Positions 47,401-58,600 of a DNA stretch of 64,000 nt are shown here, piece after piece. Under the pieces are notes generated by a model. It did no database searches, had not been told where the DNA came from, and worked only from the letters and a program-made list of their open reading frames with translations. The translations under genes were made by a program, and so were the position numbers. Origin of the DNA: Cladosporium halotolerans (lineage: Eukaryota); the NCBI RefSeq assembly GCF_011745625.1, contig NW_027191462.1, forward strand, positions 372,001 to 436,000, written 5' to 3'. How positions within the stretch are numbered: the stretch's first letter is position 1; every line of letters begins with the position of its first letter.

Positions 47401-50400
47401 CGCCGAGCTGAAGGGCTTTGAGATCAAACGCCGCGGAGAGTTGAAGCTGATCAAAATTTTCCAGCAGCAGATCTTCAAGTTCTTCTTGGACGGTTCTACC
47501 CTCGCCGATGTCTACGGCGCGGTTGCAAAGGTCGCAAACAAATGGCTTGATGTACTGTACAGCCATGGATCAACTTTGGTCGACGAGGAGTTGATTGAGC
47601 TTATTTGCGAGAACAAGAGCATGACCAAAACCCTGGAGGAGTATGGTGCTCAAAAGTCCACTGCTATCACAACCGCGAAACGTTTGGCCGAGTTCCTGGG
47701 CGACCAGATGATCAAAGACAAGGGCTTGAACTGCAAGTACATTATTGCTTCTCGGCCGCGAAACTCTCCTGTCACGGACCGCGCTATTCCGGTGACTATC
47801 TTTTCAGCAGAGGAATCTGTCAAGCGCCACTATCTCCGCAAATGGCTGAGAGAAGACCCTGGCGATATGGATCCGAGGACTGTCATCGACTGGGACTACT
47901 ATCTGGAGCGTTTGAGCTCGCAGATTCAGAAACTCATTACCATCCCAGCGGCCCTCCAGAAAGTCAGCAATCCAGTACCGCGTGTCGCCCACCCAGACTG
48001 GCTCAACCGTCGCATCCGGATAAAAGAGGACATCTACAAGCAGAAGAAGATGACCGAAATGTTCACCAAGAAACCACTGGAGGAGTTGGACGCCAACAGC
48101 GTCAACCCAAGAGCGGTCAGCGGTGACCTCGAGGATTTTGGCAACATGACCATGTCGAAGATCAGGCCAGCCATGACACCAAAAACGACGAGTGCACAGA
48201 AGCGAAAGGAGAGGGAGGCTGAGGCCACTCCTGCAAACCCTTATGATGCTCTACCCGCCGTCATGCCGAACATATCGACAGACTACAAGGGCTGGCTGAA
48301 GTATCAGAAGCAGAAGTGGAAGATCCAAAAGGCGGCTCGCCAGCGGCGCAGGCAACTCTTCGGCGAAAAGAGACAAGATGCGACCGACGCAATTGGAACC
48401 TTCTTCCGCCAGCAAGCAGAGTTGGTGTACACTGCGGACTGGCAAGTTCTGCAGTTGCGAGAGACCGAGACTCCCGGTGAAGTCCGGGCGTTTGTACTGA
48501 TCGACCAGAAGGTGCATCAACTCAAAGTCATCGTGCCGCGGCAGGTGTTCCTCAATCTCAAGGAAGATGATTTGCCCGACGTCTCTGTCAAGGATGTTGA
48601 AGCCGAAAAGATCACGAACTGGACCCTTCCCAACGGACACCCTTCCAAGCACCTTTTCAAACTGACCATGAGCGAACAAACATACGTCCAAGAAAGCGCG
48701 AAGTTGTCGATGCTGTTTACTCACTCTAGCGTCGAAGGGGTGTATGAAACTCAGGTCCCTCTCAATCTCCGTGCATTGCTTGATCTAGGCTGTTCTTGCA
48801 CCTTCGATGAGACGCAGCGCGGTGTTCTTGGAAGGGGTCTGGAGCAGGGCTTTGATCTGTCTTCGCTGCGCACTGTACCACCGAAGAAGCCTTACATGAG
48901 GAACGCGAACATGAGCTACCTGGCACTCTACCACATCAGTGCGGGTGAGCGACAAATATATGCGCTGATTTCATCAACGAAGTCAGAAGCGCAAATCATC
49001 GTCCTTAATCGCGCTCGGAGCGAGCAAGGCATGCCGAACGTCGATCGCATCTACGAAGAGTCACTCCAGCGCATACTTGCACAGGCGCGCCTTGAGGAGC
49101 AGCAAGGCCGTACCTGGCAGAACACCATCGATTATCAAGAAAGCTTGCACTTCAAGACGGCTCAGGTCACTACCCAACGACGGGCGTATCAAGAGATCGC
49201 AGATGCCGTCAAGAAATTGCAGAAGGAAGAGACGCGACCGATCATGCTTGTCGTGCAGTCTCCCATCGCACAGATGATCATGCAAGACGTGCCGCAACTC
49301 CAGAGCATGCCAATGCTTCAGCTACGGCCAGAGGAAACCGACAGGCAGTTGCCCCCTCTGGGCTGGCAGTCATTTGTTGCGAAACGGCTGGTGAACCATT
49401 ACCTTGACCTCGGTGCCGCAGTTGAGCAGCTCGTAGCTTTCTCTCGATACGGCAACGTGCCGCTTTGCAATCTGGAGCGCGACGACCCGCGTTTCCTGAT
49501 TGACATTGCGTATGCCAGGCGACTCCGAAAGGAGCGGGTCGTACTTTGGTGGTCCGAGAATGCACGACCGGATCATGCTGGTCACGAGAAAGACGATGTG
49601 CTTGGAGGAATGGAGGTCGTTGAGATGCCTTCAGTGAATAATCCTGGAACATACTCGTCTGTCTGCATCGACTTGTCCGTCAAGAATCTGGCAATCAACA
49701 CGATCCTGTGCGCTGCTGTGCTCAACGACACCGAAGGAGCAGACCCCATTGGAGTCTCCGGAGCTGGGGCACAGGAAGACGCTTTGGACGAGTCAGCTCA
49801 AACCTTCCATTCTGAAAATGCATTTGCTACTGCCGGAATCAACGCACTCCGGGAGATGGTCCGCACGTGGTGGCAAGAAGCCTGCGTCGACAAAGGCAAC
49901 AAAATGGCCGACATTCTGGTGCAACACCTTGTACGGTGGGTTGAGAGCCCGAGATCTCACCTGTTCGATCGCAACCTTCACTACTACGTCCAAACGATGT
50001 CTCGCAAAGCCTTCCAGCAGCTCATGGGAGAATTTCGCAGAGTCGGATCACACATTGTTTTCGCCAACTCTGGCAGGCTGATGCTGCAAACTTCAAAAGC
50101 GGAGGTCGGCAACGCCTACGCGTACAGCCAGTATATCCTGAAGACAATCCGCACCAAGCCAGCCTTCCACTTCTTGGATCTTGACATCACGGAGTATTGG
50201 GACTACCTTGCGTGGTATGACGAGTTCAATTATGGCGGAAAGGGATGCGCCCAGGTGGTAGAAGCCGAAAACCAACAGCTGGACATGATCATGCACTGGC
50301 AGCTTGCGACTTTCCTCCCACCAATCCTTCAGCCGGCATTCAACGACAAGGTTGTCGAATACATTGAGCTCATGCATCAGCGAAAACACTCAGCTGGCCT

Positions 50401-51187
50401 GGTCAACGGCACTCCTCGTCCGACACAGCTGCCTATACATGCATCAGTTTTTAATTCGGAGAAGGAAGACCAGACTGTTCCCGGCACAGCCCTCGAAAAG
50501 ACTTTTTCTAAACCGTTCAAGAAGGAGGTCGCAGCACTCATTCGCCGCCAGCGCAACGAGTCCATGCACGAGGAACTGGCGCAGGACTGGATCTTCCCCA
50601 TCCTTCCCGGCTCTCATGCCAAGCTCTCAAACCCAGTCCTCGAGTTGGTGAAGAGCGTGATGCAGGTCCTCAGCCTCGACAAGACTATCACGCTAGAGGC
50701 CCGCCTTCTCCGGAAAGATTTACTGCAGATGTTTGAGATTCGCGAATTCAGCCCCGAAGGCGCGTTCACGAACCCCAGCTCTACCCTCTCACTCAAACAA
50801 TTTAGTTGTCCCGACTGCTGTATTCCTCGCGATATCGACCTCTGTAGGGACAGCGATCTTGTCCCTGCGGACGCTCAGCAGCCAGCCTTGGCTCCTGTCT
50901 GCGATAATTGCGGCGCTGTCTTCGATCGTTTGGCGATAGAGGAGAGATTGTTGGGAGAAGTGCAGAAGATGGCCGTGCAATGGATGACGCAAGATTTGAA
51001 GTGTGTCAAGTGCGCGAGGATCAGGACGAACGAATTCATGGATCACTGTGGATGCGCGGGCGATTGGACCGTGACGGTGAACAAAGAAGAGTTGATGAAG
51101 GCACTGAAGAACTTTGAAGGTGTCGCGGCGTTTTATGGATTAAGAATGCTGGGTAGCGTTGTCGAGGGTGCCCTCGCTGCTGTTTGA
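44480..51187 (+). CDS. POL2: DNA polymerase epsilon catalytic subunit A (2235 aa, intronless)
   Basis: Exonuclease FDIETTKLPLKFPD; polymerase HLDVASMYPNIM, QLAHKVILNSFYGY, ELDTDGIW; C-terminal Cys clusters CPDC/CDNC and CVKC/CGC. Confidence 0.99.
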   Translation: MPVKRNEGKSRFSKTSTLHSGGRKTKTIDAGSLRSTEATAQNERLEATRLAHKIDQNQGFERFEAGKKRTGWLINMHSTSLEDSKIPGGRAAVDYYFIDDDGSTFKASVEYHPYFMIAVKKGKEAEVEEWVRRNCEGLVKSVDRLEKEDLKMPNHLLGYRRHFLKLSFVNVTDLLAVRRVIAPIAEKNKSKVSAMDMYAEVASANAGFDLFDEDAENDRRPATFSDASDFIIDIREYDVPYHVRVAIDLDIRIGKWYNVEPKNGRITLSCIEERLQRADPVVLAFDIETTKLPLKFPDSSIDQVMMISFMVDGQGFLITNREIVSEDIQDFDYTPKPEFEGPFVIFNEPNEEAVIERFFAFVKDAKPTIIATYNGDFFDWPFVEARASVHGIDMYAEIGFRKNSDDIYQSTHCAHMDAFAWVTRDSYLPQGSRGLKAVTVAKLGYDPDELDPELMTPYAAERPQVLAEYSVSDAVATYYLYMKYVHPFIFSLCTIIPFGPDDVLRKGTGTLCETLLMVQAYQKEIILPNKYVQPREAFWEGHLLESETYVGGHVESIEAGVFRSDIPCNFAVDPTAIDELLNDLDDALKFSITVEEKKSMDDIEDYEGTKAQIVAKLMDLKNTPNRNEKPSIYHLDVASMYPNIMTTNRLQPDSMIDESVCAACDFNRPGKTCDRRMPWAWRGEFLPAKRDEYNMIRHALENEKFPAKRPGGLSRAFQELSLDEQTTHVKKRLTDYSKKIYHKIHDAKTIEREAIICQRENPFYIDTVKDFRDRRYDYKGKQKVWKNKTSDLEKAGATQVEVEEAKKMIVLFDSLQLAHKVILNSFYGYVMRKGSRWYSLEMAGVTCLTGARIIQMARQIVERIGRPLELDTDGIWCILPATFPENFSFKLKNGKKLTVAYPCVMLNHLVHRHFTNHQYQTLKDPVTFKYETHSDNTIFFEVDGPYKAMILPTSKEEDKNLKKRYAVFNDDGSLAELKGFEIKRRGELKLIKIFQQQIFKFFLDGSTLADVYGAVAKVANKWLDVLYSHGSTLVDEELIELICENKSMTKTLEEYGAQKSTAITTAKRLAEFLGDQMIKDKGLNCKYIIASRPRNSPVTDRAIPVTIFSAEESVKRHYLRKWLREDPGDMDPRTVIDWDYYLERLSSQIQKLITIPAALQKVSNPVPRVAHPDWLNRRIRIKEDIYKQKKMTEMFTKKPLEELDANSVNPRAVSGDLEDFGNMTMSKIRPAMTPKTTSAQKRKEREAEATPANPYDALPAVMPNISTDYKGWLKYQKQKWKIQKAARQRRRQLFGEKRQDATDAIGTFFRQQAELVYTADWQVLQLRETETPGEVRAFVLIDQKVHQLKVIVPRQVFLNLKEDDLPDVSVKDVEAEKITNWTLPNGHPSKHLFKLTMSEQTYVQESAKLSMLFTHSSVEGVYETQVPLNLRALLDLGCSCTFDETQRGVLGRGLEQGFDLSSLRTVPPKKPYMRNANMSYLALYHISAGERQIYALISSTKSEAQIIVLNRARSEQGMPNVDRIYEESLQRILAQARLEEQQGRTWQNTIDYQESLHFKTAQVTTQRRAYQEIADAVKKLQKEETRPIMLVVQSPIAQMIMQDVPQLQSMPMLQLRPEETDRQLPPLGWQSFVAKRLVNHYLDLGAAVEQLVAFSRYGNVPLCNLERDDPRFLIDIAYARRLRKERVVLWWSENARPDHAGHEKDDVLGGMEVVEMPSVNNPGTYSSVCIDLSVKNLAINTILCAAVLNDTEGADPIGVSGAGAQEDALDESAQTFHSENAFATAGINALREMVRTWWQEACVDKGNKMADILVQHLVRWVESPRSHLFDRNLHYYVQTMSRKAFQQLMGEFRRVGSHIVFANSGRLMLQTSKAEVGNAYAYSQYILKTIRTKPAFHFLDLDITEYWDYLAWYDEFNYGGKGCAQVVEAENQQLDMIMHWQLATFLPPILQPAFNDKVVEYIELMHQRKHSAGLVNGTPRPTQLPIHASVFNSEKEDQTVPGTALEKTFSKPFKKEVAALIRRQRNESMHEELAQDWIFPILPGSHAKLSNPVLELVKSVMQVLSLDKTITLEARLLRKDLLQMFEIREFSPEGAFTNPSSTLSLKQFSCPDCCIPRDIDLCRDSDLVPADAQQPALAPVCDNCGAVFDRLAIEERLLGEVQKMAVQWMTQDLKCVKCARIRTNEFMDHCGCAGDWTVTVNKEELMKALKNFEGVAAFYGLRMLGSVVEGALAAV

Positions 51188-52134
51188 AGAGGCTGTGAAA
51201 CTGTTTTTGGTGGTTTTGGGGGCATAGCGTGGGTGTTTCGGCGCGTAGCATGTTGGGTGGCACGGGCTCAATGATGTGCGCAACTCTTTGAATATACCAT
51301 GATAGCATAAATCGGACAGGCGGAATTTCAGCCAAGATGGCGCATGATACACACATGAAGTGTATTAGAGAATTTGCCGATCCCGGAGCTTGACAGACAT
51401 CAGGTAGATTCCATGTGCAGGTGCATGAGGTGGCTCTTGATCCACCTTCGGCTCGATTCTCAGCCTTACAGCCCTACAGCCCTACCCGCACGCACCGCCG
51501 TAGCCGAGGCGATCGCGCTAAGCCCGTTCTTCTCACCTTGCGCCCAGACAGGTGGCCGCCTTCATGGTTCCGACATTCCAGAATGATGACCTTGATGTTT
51601 CTTCAATCGAGTGAACAGACTTTCAAGAACCCTCACGAGATCTATATCACTTCTGAACTTTCGGATATGGCCTCCTGCCGAATATCCGTGGGCACCAAGG
51701 CTCCGGGTAATAGTTCATTCACTTGTACTGCTGGTCCCAAATGCTAGGTCTCTACTCCGCGTGAAGTGTCATCAGAGATTCCAATGTTGCCTCTGAGGGA
51801 GACCATGAGCACGAGACTCCTCTTCCTTCCGCGTATCATTTTTCCAAAATTCTTTCAAGAGCACAAGTAAAAGAACGAAGGAGATCTCCCCGGCGGCAGC
51901 CCGCTCTTGGCAGTGGGGCTGATGTGTGTCAACCTTCTCCTAATATTAGGATGATGGCGCGGCGGCTATGGCGGAGCGATTGCCAAGTTCCGCATCTGCT
52001 GTGAGGATATGCAAGCCGCCATGCGAATATTCACGCGAGACGGCAGGGATTCATCGTCGATGCCCTCTGTCGGCAACATTTTTCACACCTTCTTCTTCAT
52101 CAGCATCGTACCATGATATCGATGGCATTCAATC

Positions 52135-53997
52135 ATGACCATGATCCAAACAAGAGATATCCGGCAGTGGACGCGGTCATTCAGGGACCAATTCAGCGGG
52201 TTCACATGGAGGTTGTGGTACTCCGTGATATTGTTTGGCACAATGGGCGTCGCCAGAGGTAATTATTCCAACAGACACATGCGTTGAAGCTTGTCGCTGA
52301 CGGGATTGTCGAAGGCATAGAGGAGGCCTTGGTGGCCGTAATGGTCGTGCAAGACTCATTTCTTGGAGAGTTCGGTCTTGACGCGATGTCCGAAGACGAA
52401 AGAGCAAGCTTGACGGGAAACGTCGTGGCGATGTCCCAACTTGGTTGCATTGCTGGAGCTTTGTCGTAGGCATCGTTATTCAGTATATCGCGAGGGTTGC
52501 TGATATTTTCGTTTCAGGACATTGATTATTGGAGACCGCGTAGGCAGATTATGATGGGGCCGCATAATGTGTGCTCTCTGGCTGCTTGGAATCGTCTTAT
52601 ACACCACTAGCGTGGGTAATCTGGGCCAAGTCTACGGTGGTAAGTTCATCGTCGGGATTGGCCTTGGTCAGATTTCCGTCATTGCGCCTGCATATGTCGC
52701 TGTAAGTGCATGTTTGTACGCTTGGGAGCTCGATTGATGGTAGCATTGGTTAACTCGTTGCAAAAGGAATGCTGTCTCTCGGAAAGCCGGGGTGAGTATT
52801 TGTGTCTTCGATGAAATTTTGCTGGGCCTGCCATCTCACTATCCATCACAGGCTTCGCCGTTGCCATCTTTGGCGCTTCTGAATATCTCGGTGCCATAAT
52901 CGGGTATTTCACCAGCTACGGCACAGCCACAAACATATCTGGCAGCTCGTCAATCCAATGGGTAAACCGCACGCGCTGGAGGTTTGATAGAGGCTGACTA
53001 CATTCTGTAGAAAATACCTCAAATCACGGCTGGCGCGTTTGCCTTCGCATTCCTCATAATGCTCACTTTCTGCCTGGAGTCACCACGCATACTGGTCAAG
53101 AAAGGTAGCATTTCCTATGCCCGAGAAGTTCTTCATAAGTTTCGTTACCCAAGAAACACTTCCGCCGAGATTGAGCAGGAACTGGCCGGTGTGAGAAGAC
53201 AGCTTGCGGTGGAGAGCGAGTCCAAGGATGTGGGCTTCCTCAGATCGTTTTTGAATCTATTCTCCACGAGACGGAACCTGGATCGGCTTTGCATAACTTG
53301 CACGGCTCACCTCTTGCAGGTGTGGTCTGGAGCTTCCAGCATCACCGTCTACGCGCCTCAATACTTTGAGATACTCGGGGTGCGGGATCAGAATGAACGG
53401 CTGCTCTACACTTCCATCTTTGGCGTTATCAAGCTAGTCGCCAGTGCGGCATGCGCAGCCTTCGCTGTGGATCAAATCGGACGCCGGCGATGCCTTTCAA
53501 TTGGGATAACTGTCCAGCTGATAGCAATTTCATACGTCGCTGCTGTTCTATCAGTTGTGCCGGGACTTTCACGAGGCGAAGATTCACCAAGAAACGAGGC
53601 TGTCGGTATCAGTGCCATCGTCTTTATGTACCTATGCGGCGCCGGCTACGCTTTTGGGTGGAACTCAATCTCCTACCTCATCACCTCCGAGGTGTTCTCC
53701 CTCCAGACTCGAACGATCGGAACGGCTTTGGTCATGATCCTCCACTATGGCAGTCGCTATGGACTGCAAAAGGCGGTTCCACTCATGACTCTGCAAGACT
53801 CGATGGGGCCTGCTGGGACCTTTTGGTTCTTCTCAGGGATGACCTTGATTGGCCTGATCTGGGTTTGGGCTTGGCTCCCAGAGACGAGCAAGATGCACCT
53901 TGAGAAGGCATCATTAGCCGCCGACAAAGAACCGCGTGATGATCCGTGGGGGGATGGACAGCCGCAAGACGTTGGTCGCAAGCTCCAGCGGATTTAA
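52135..53997 (+). pseudogene. MFS sugar-porter (quinate-permease-like) gene with an in-frame TGA in exon 3; 5 introns
   Basis: Spliced: ..FTWRLWYSVILFGTMGVAR|GIEEAL..GNVVAMSQLGCIAGAL|STLIIGDRVGRL*WGRIM..GKFIVGIGLG..APAYVA|E..SRG|..QW|KIPQ..ESPR, QVWSG..ITVYAP, VDQIGRR, SEVFS, LPET. Stop at 52552-52554. Confidence 0.75.
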
Positions 53998-54561
53998 CTC
54001 GCAACCAACGATGGAACGGCCAAAAAGACAATAATACAGCGGACGCCAGAATGTCGAGTTGGGTTTGAGTCTTTTGTGTGGACAAGTGTAGGCCATTCAT
54101 GATTGTTTTGGTCACTAACCTCCTTAGCATAGAGGCACTGCGAAGGAAAGAGCGTCGTGGAAAACGAATAGCGAAAGATTGGTAGGATGATGATGGAGTA
54201 GCTGCGATGTCATAGGCTGACGCCAGTAGCTGGAATAAAATATCAAAAAAGTCACGCTGGTAGTACGTCTTTTTGTGATCCCCCTCGTGATATGTAATAT
54301 GTGGCATGAATTTGAGAGAGGACGTTGAGCGGCTGGCACTGTCACATGCATGTGCGTCGGCACCCGCAATCCTCCCCAAAGCCTCCCCCACAAGATCGGC
54401 CAGGAACCGCGTGAGAGCCACAGCGACATCATCTGCGCCTCGGTTTGCGCGCAGGTACCGCCGCACATCTCACACCCCTTCGCCGACCCAACGAAGCATG
54501 TAGGGTCATTTGCCCTATTCAGACCTCACCGTGTACTCCGGCGTCAAGATTTGCGCCCACC

Positions 54562-56294
54562 ATGGCCACCACCACCCTCACGCCCACTGGCGACTCCCCG
54601 AAGCTTGTCAAGAAAGGCTCAGTGAGCGATATGAAGAGCCCGAACTCGGCGACACAGACGACCTTTGGATGCCGTATGTTGGGACAGTACTTAGCTCCCA
54701 AGGGCATAGCTAACGAACTTTCGAAGAACACATCAAGAACCTCCTCTCCTCAGCACGCCAACCTGCGACAGAAGGGTACACTCGACTCGTGCAATCGCTG
54801 CACAACGACAGCAACATTAGCGGAAACATACACAAGAATGGCAGTGGAGCAAGTGCGACAAGTAAGACTACATACCTGTGCCTGCAATGTCCCAATGTGA
54901 GCACGTCTGGGGAGCGGCACCGGAAAGAGCATGCATTTTGTGAGTATACAGCCTGGAATTGGCCGGAAGGGATAATTTACTGACCGCCATGCGTAGCTGT
55001 GGAATCCGAGAACGGTTTCATACTCTGCCATGAGTGCCGGGATTTTGTGTACGACCCTACCTTCGAGGCGATCCGGTCTGCGAGCGTGTCGCGCAAGCGC
55101 AAGTACTCCATCTTCACCGAGCCTGGTGACAAGCGCCTGGTAGCTACCAACTCAGGCATGGTCCCATGTGCTGCCACTGGATTACGCGGTCTATACAATA
55201 TGGGCCAGACGTGCTTCATGTCAGTGATCCTGCAAGCGCTCATCCACAACCCATTCGTTCGCACATACTACCTCACTGAAGGCCATCCGAGCTCTGCCTG
55301 CGATCGCGAAGCCTGCACGTCATGTGCATTGGACGACATCTTTACCGAATTCTACGGCCAAGAGAAGCACGAAGGCTACGGCGCCGTTCACATGCTCCAA
55401 GGTTGCTGGAAGGGAGGCGGTAACCTTGCCGGGTACAGTCAGCAAGACGCGCACGAATACCTTGGCTTCATTCTCAACAGCCTACACACAGCCAACACTG
55501 GCGAAGACGACGAGGAAGTCAGCACGCCTGCACGCGTTAAAGACGCCAAGACGTGCGACTGCATCGTCCACCAGACCTTCGCAGGCATTCTCAAGTCCAC
55601 GGTCACTTGCAGCGCCTGCAAGAACACAACAGCCACCTACGACCCCTTCGTCGACCTCAGTCTTGACGTCAAAAGCCCCGGCTTCAGCGTCAAGAAGAAG
55701 AAACTCAGCATGATCAACGGCACGTCAACGGTCAAAGAAGCCCTGCCCATGGACCTGACCGAATGCCTTGACCGCTTCACAGCGCCGGAAACCCTTTCGA
55801 GCGACAGCTACCACTGCCGCAAATGCAACTCGGCGCAAAAGGCCGAAAAACGCCTCAAACTCTCCTCCCTCCCGCCTGTTCTCCCCGTCCACCTCAAGCG
55901 CTTCTCCCACTCGCAGAAACTGTCGCAAAGTAGTAAAATCGACACCAAAATCCGCTTCCCCTTCACCCTGAACCTCGAGCCCTACACCGCAGCTCCTAAG
56001 GCGCCCAAGCCTGACGAGAAGGCTAAGAGTAAGGATAAGGATAAGGATAAGGACAAGCACAAGGACAAGGATAAAGAGCAGGAAGCGCGCGAGGCGGCCA
56101 AGATTGAGCCTCTGTACACTCTGTCGTCCGTCATAGTGCACAAGGGCAAGATTGACAGCGGGCACTACGTGTCGTACGCGCGCCAGGGCGACGAGTGGTT
56201 CCGCTTCGACGACAGCATGGTCGTGCGCGTGCAGGAGCGCGAAGTTCTGGGCGCGGAGGCATACATGTTGTTTTATTGCGTCGACGGCGTGTGA
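54562..56294 (+). CDS. UBP8: Ubiquitin C-terminal hydrolase Ubp8/USP22 (SAGA DUB module); 2 introns
   Basis: ZnF-UBP remnants (YLCLQC, CHECRDFVYDP), Cys box GLRGLYNMGQTCFMSVILQ, YSQQDAHEY, His box HKGKIDSGHYVSY, EAYMLFY. Confidence 0.93.
56031..56075 (+). repeat. Coding hexamer microsatellite (AAGGAY)n encoding a KD tract in UBP8
   Basis: aaggat aaggat aaggat aaggac aagcac aaggac aaggat = KDKDKDKDKHKDKD. Confidence 0.8.
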
Positions 56295-56656
56295 GTGGAA
56301 GGCTCTCTCTAGCCTAGTGCAATTGGCGTTTCTGGATGGTGCGACAGTCTGGATCCAACGCATGGGTGCAGGAGGCGGGCACAGCGTGGTATACCCGGCA
56401 GAGTGCGTTTCAGACACTCGGTGACAGTCTTTTGGTCGAAAATCAGCGGGGCGTTGGATATCTGCTCGCTTTTCATTCAAATTGGCATGAACGTTATGGT
56501 TTTTATAATTCTTGTAGAGGGATATATGTACAACCACACATTGACAAAGCCATCCCTCGGCCTCGAGCTCGGGAATGGTTTCTCGCTCCAAAACACACAA
56601 AAGAGATTCGGTTGAATTTATATGGCTCCTCCGCGCTGGGTGCCTACAGTATCCCT

Positions 56657-57851
56657 CTATTGGTCGTCCAGGACGTGCAGGTACTTCTTCTCCTCGCGCT
56701 TCTCGCGCTCGGACATGGGAGGGAGGTCGTAGTATGATGAGCTGCGGTAGCCGTGCTGTGAGTGTGTTAGCGGTTGGACTACGTGAGCTTGGGCAGTAAC
56801 GGTGGCTTACCAGGTACTGGTAGGTGAAGTTGGCGATGTCGCCAGGCTCGATGCCGAGGTCCTTGAAGGTCTTCGCGTTCTTGTCAATGATCTGGTCGTG
56901 GAACTCGCGCTCAACCTGGTCGGCGGAGCCGAGGGGCCACCACAGAGCCCTGTTCAGGACACCAAAAAGAGTCTTCATCACGGGCTTGGGCAGGTTGATG
57001 TGACGGCGCTTCTTGACGATCTCACGGTCGACAAGCTCAGAAATCTCCTTCATGCTGTACTCCTTGGGGCCGTAGAGCTCGAAGGTCTCGCCGGCGGTGG
57101 AGTCGTCGTAGCCGATCTTCTCGAGAGCCTCACCGACGTCGATGACGTGGACGGGGAAGAAGCGCTCGGCCATGTGGTTTGCGGTGAGGATGTTGGTCGC
57201 TCCGGCCAGACGGTGCAGAAGACGGTCCTCGAAGCCGAACATGGGCGCAGGCCTGACGACGGTAGTCTCCGGGAAGATCTCACGGGCGATGCGCTCGGAG
57301 TAGTACTTCGTCTTGAAGAACTCGGACGGGTGTTCCGGATGCACGGAGTGCGAAGAGACGTGGATGAAGCGGTCGACGTCGTACTTGGCCACGGCGGAGG
57401 CAATGCGGTGGGTGCCCTCGACATGGACGTCCTCGAGGTCGAAGTTCTTGGTGGGGTAGTCGCGGCCAGTAAGGTTGAAGACCATGTCGGAGTGGCGCAC
57501 GCTCTCCTCAATGCTGTCGGTGTTGCGCAGGTCGTACTCAGTGAAAACGACGCGGCCGAGGTCACCGGAGACCTTAAGATGGCGCTTGCCCATCTCCTCG
57601 CGGAAGGGCACCACGACGGTACATCCTGCGCGAGCGAGTCTGTTCACGATATATCTTCCCAAGAACCCAGTGGCACCGAAGACGGTGGCTGTGTGGCCAC
57701 CCAGCGAGCTGCGACCGCCGGAGATGCGAATAATCGGCTTGCCGGTGCGTGTGATGGCAATGTCCTGGAGGTTGCGGCGGGCCTGGACGGGGAGGGCAGA
57801 GGAGGGCTTGGCCAGGCCGGTGAGCAGCCCGGGAGGAGGGCGGAGGACCAT
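56657..57851 (-). CDS. NDUFA9: NADH:ubiquinone oxidoreductase 39/40 kDa subunit (NDUFA9 homolog); intron 56756-56810
   Basis: GGRSSLGGHTATVFGATGFLGRYIVNRLA, HLKVSGDLG, GRDYPTKNF; spliced end YL|HGYRSSSYYDLPPMSEREKREEKKYLHVLDDQ*. Confidence 0.96.
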
Positions 57852-58600
57852 ATCGGCGGTGTTTGGAGGAGCGGAGAGGTATTGGGCGAGGTCAATGGGC
57901 CTTGCGAACTGGCTGGCGACCTGTGTCGTCGGTCCTCTTGCTTCGTTTCCGGAGTCTGTAAAGCAGAAGTCGTGGTGCTCTGGAGGGCTGCCGAGGCGTG
58001 ATTAAACCTAACAAAAGAACAGCAACACGGCAGTTTGCTGAGCTGAAAGATCTGTCACATATCATTCAAAGATCAGAGACTTATTTAGGCATCTCACTTC
58101 TACAATTTTCACAATGTGCTACTCCTCATTAAGGACATTGAGGCATTGTATCTGACTAAGACAAATTGCATGCCAAAAGTCTCCGTCGGCGCGAATCGCC
58201 CGCGCTCCGGCTGTCATGGCCCGGCGTCTCAAGCTGCCATCATCATCATCAGCGCCAGCCCACGCTATCCCAAAGGCCTTCCTTCACTTACCAGCAAGCA
58301 AGCCGTGTTTAAGTCGGATTTTGCACTGCTATAACCGTCTCGATACTCTACGCTCTCATTCGCCAAGCTACACCGTCTCGGTCCTGCACAATCTCTCATC
58401 GAAGCTTGGCACCAGGTGGACGAAACGCCATCAACTTGAAGGTCGCCTTCCCACGTCCACTGCATTCCCACAGGACACACTCCCCCAAATTTGACCTTCT
58501 CGAGAGGAAAATTACGAACAATACAAGACTGCGTAAATTTTAGGTCTTCTGGAAAAAGACGTCTTCAAAAACATCGAGAATACCACAAAAGACTAGGAAG

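Noticed and set aside
51583..51656. ATGATGA ... CTGA spacing resembling a box C/D snoRNA (similar at ~60140-60248)
   Set aside because: No convincing terminal stem and no rRNA-complementary guide that I could recognise; such short boxes occur by chance. A snoscan/Infernal run would settle it.
55725..57851. 708-aa ORF suggesting a giant NDUFA9 fusion overlapping UBP8
   Set aside because: Artefact of reading through the 55-nt intron (56756-56810). Splicing gives the normal C-terminus ending at 56657; the extension is UTR plus antisense of UBP8.
56802..58001. 399-aa antisense ORF (similar cases: 6254-7243, 33952-34719, 59031-59594, 227-646)
   Set aside because: These lie antisense to strongly codon-biased genes, which suppresses stops on the opposite strand; they show no recognisable motifs.
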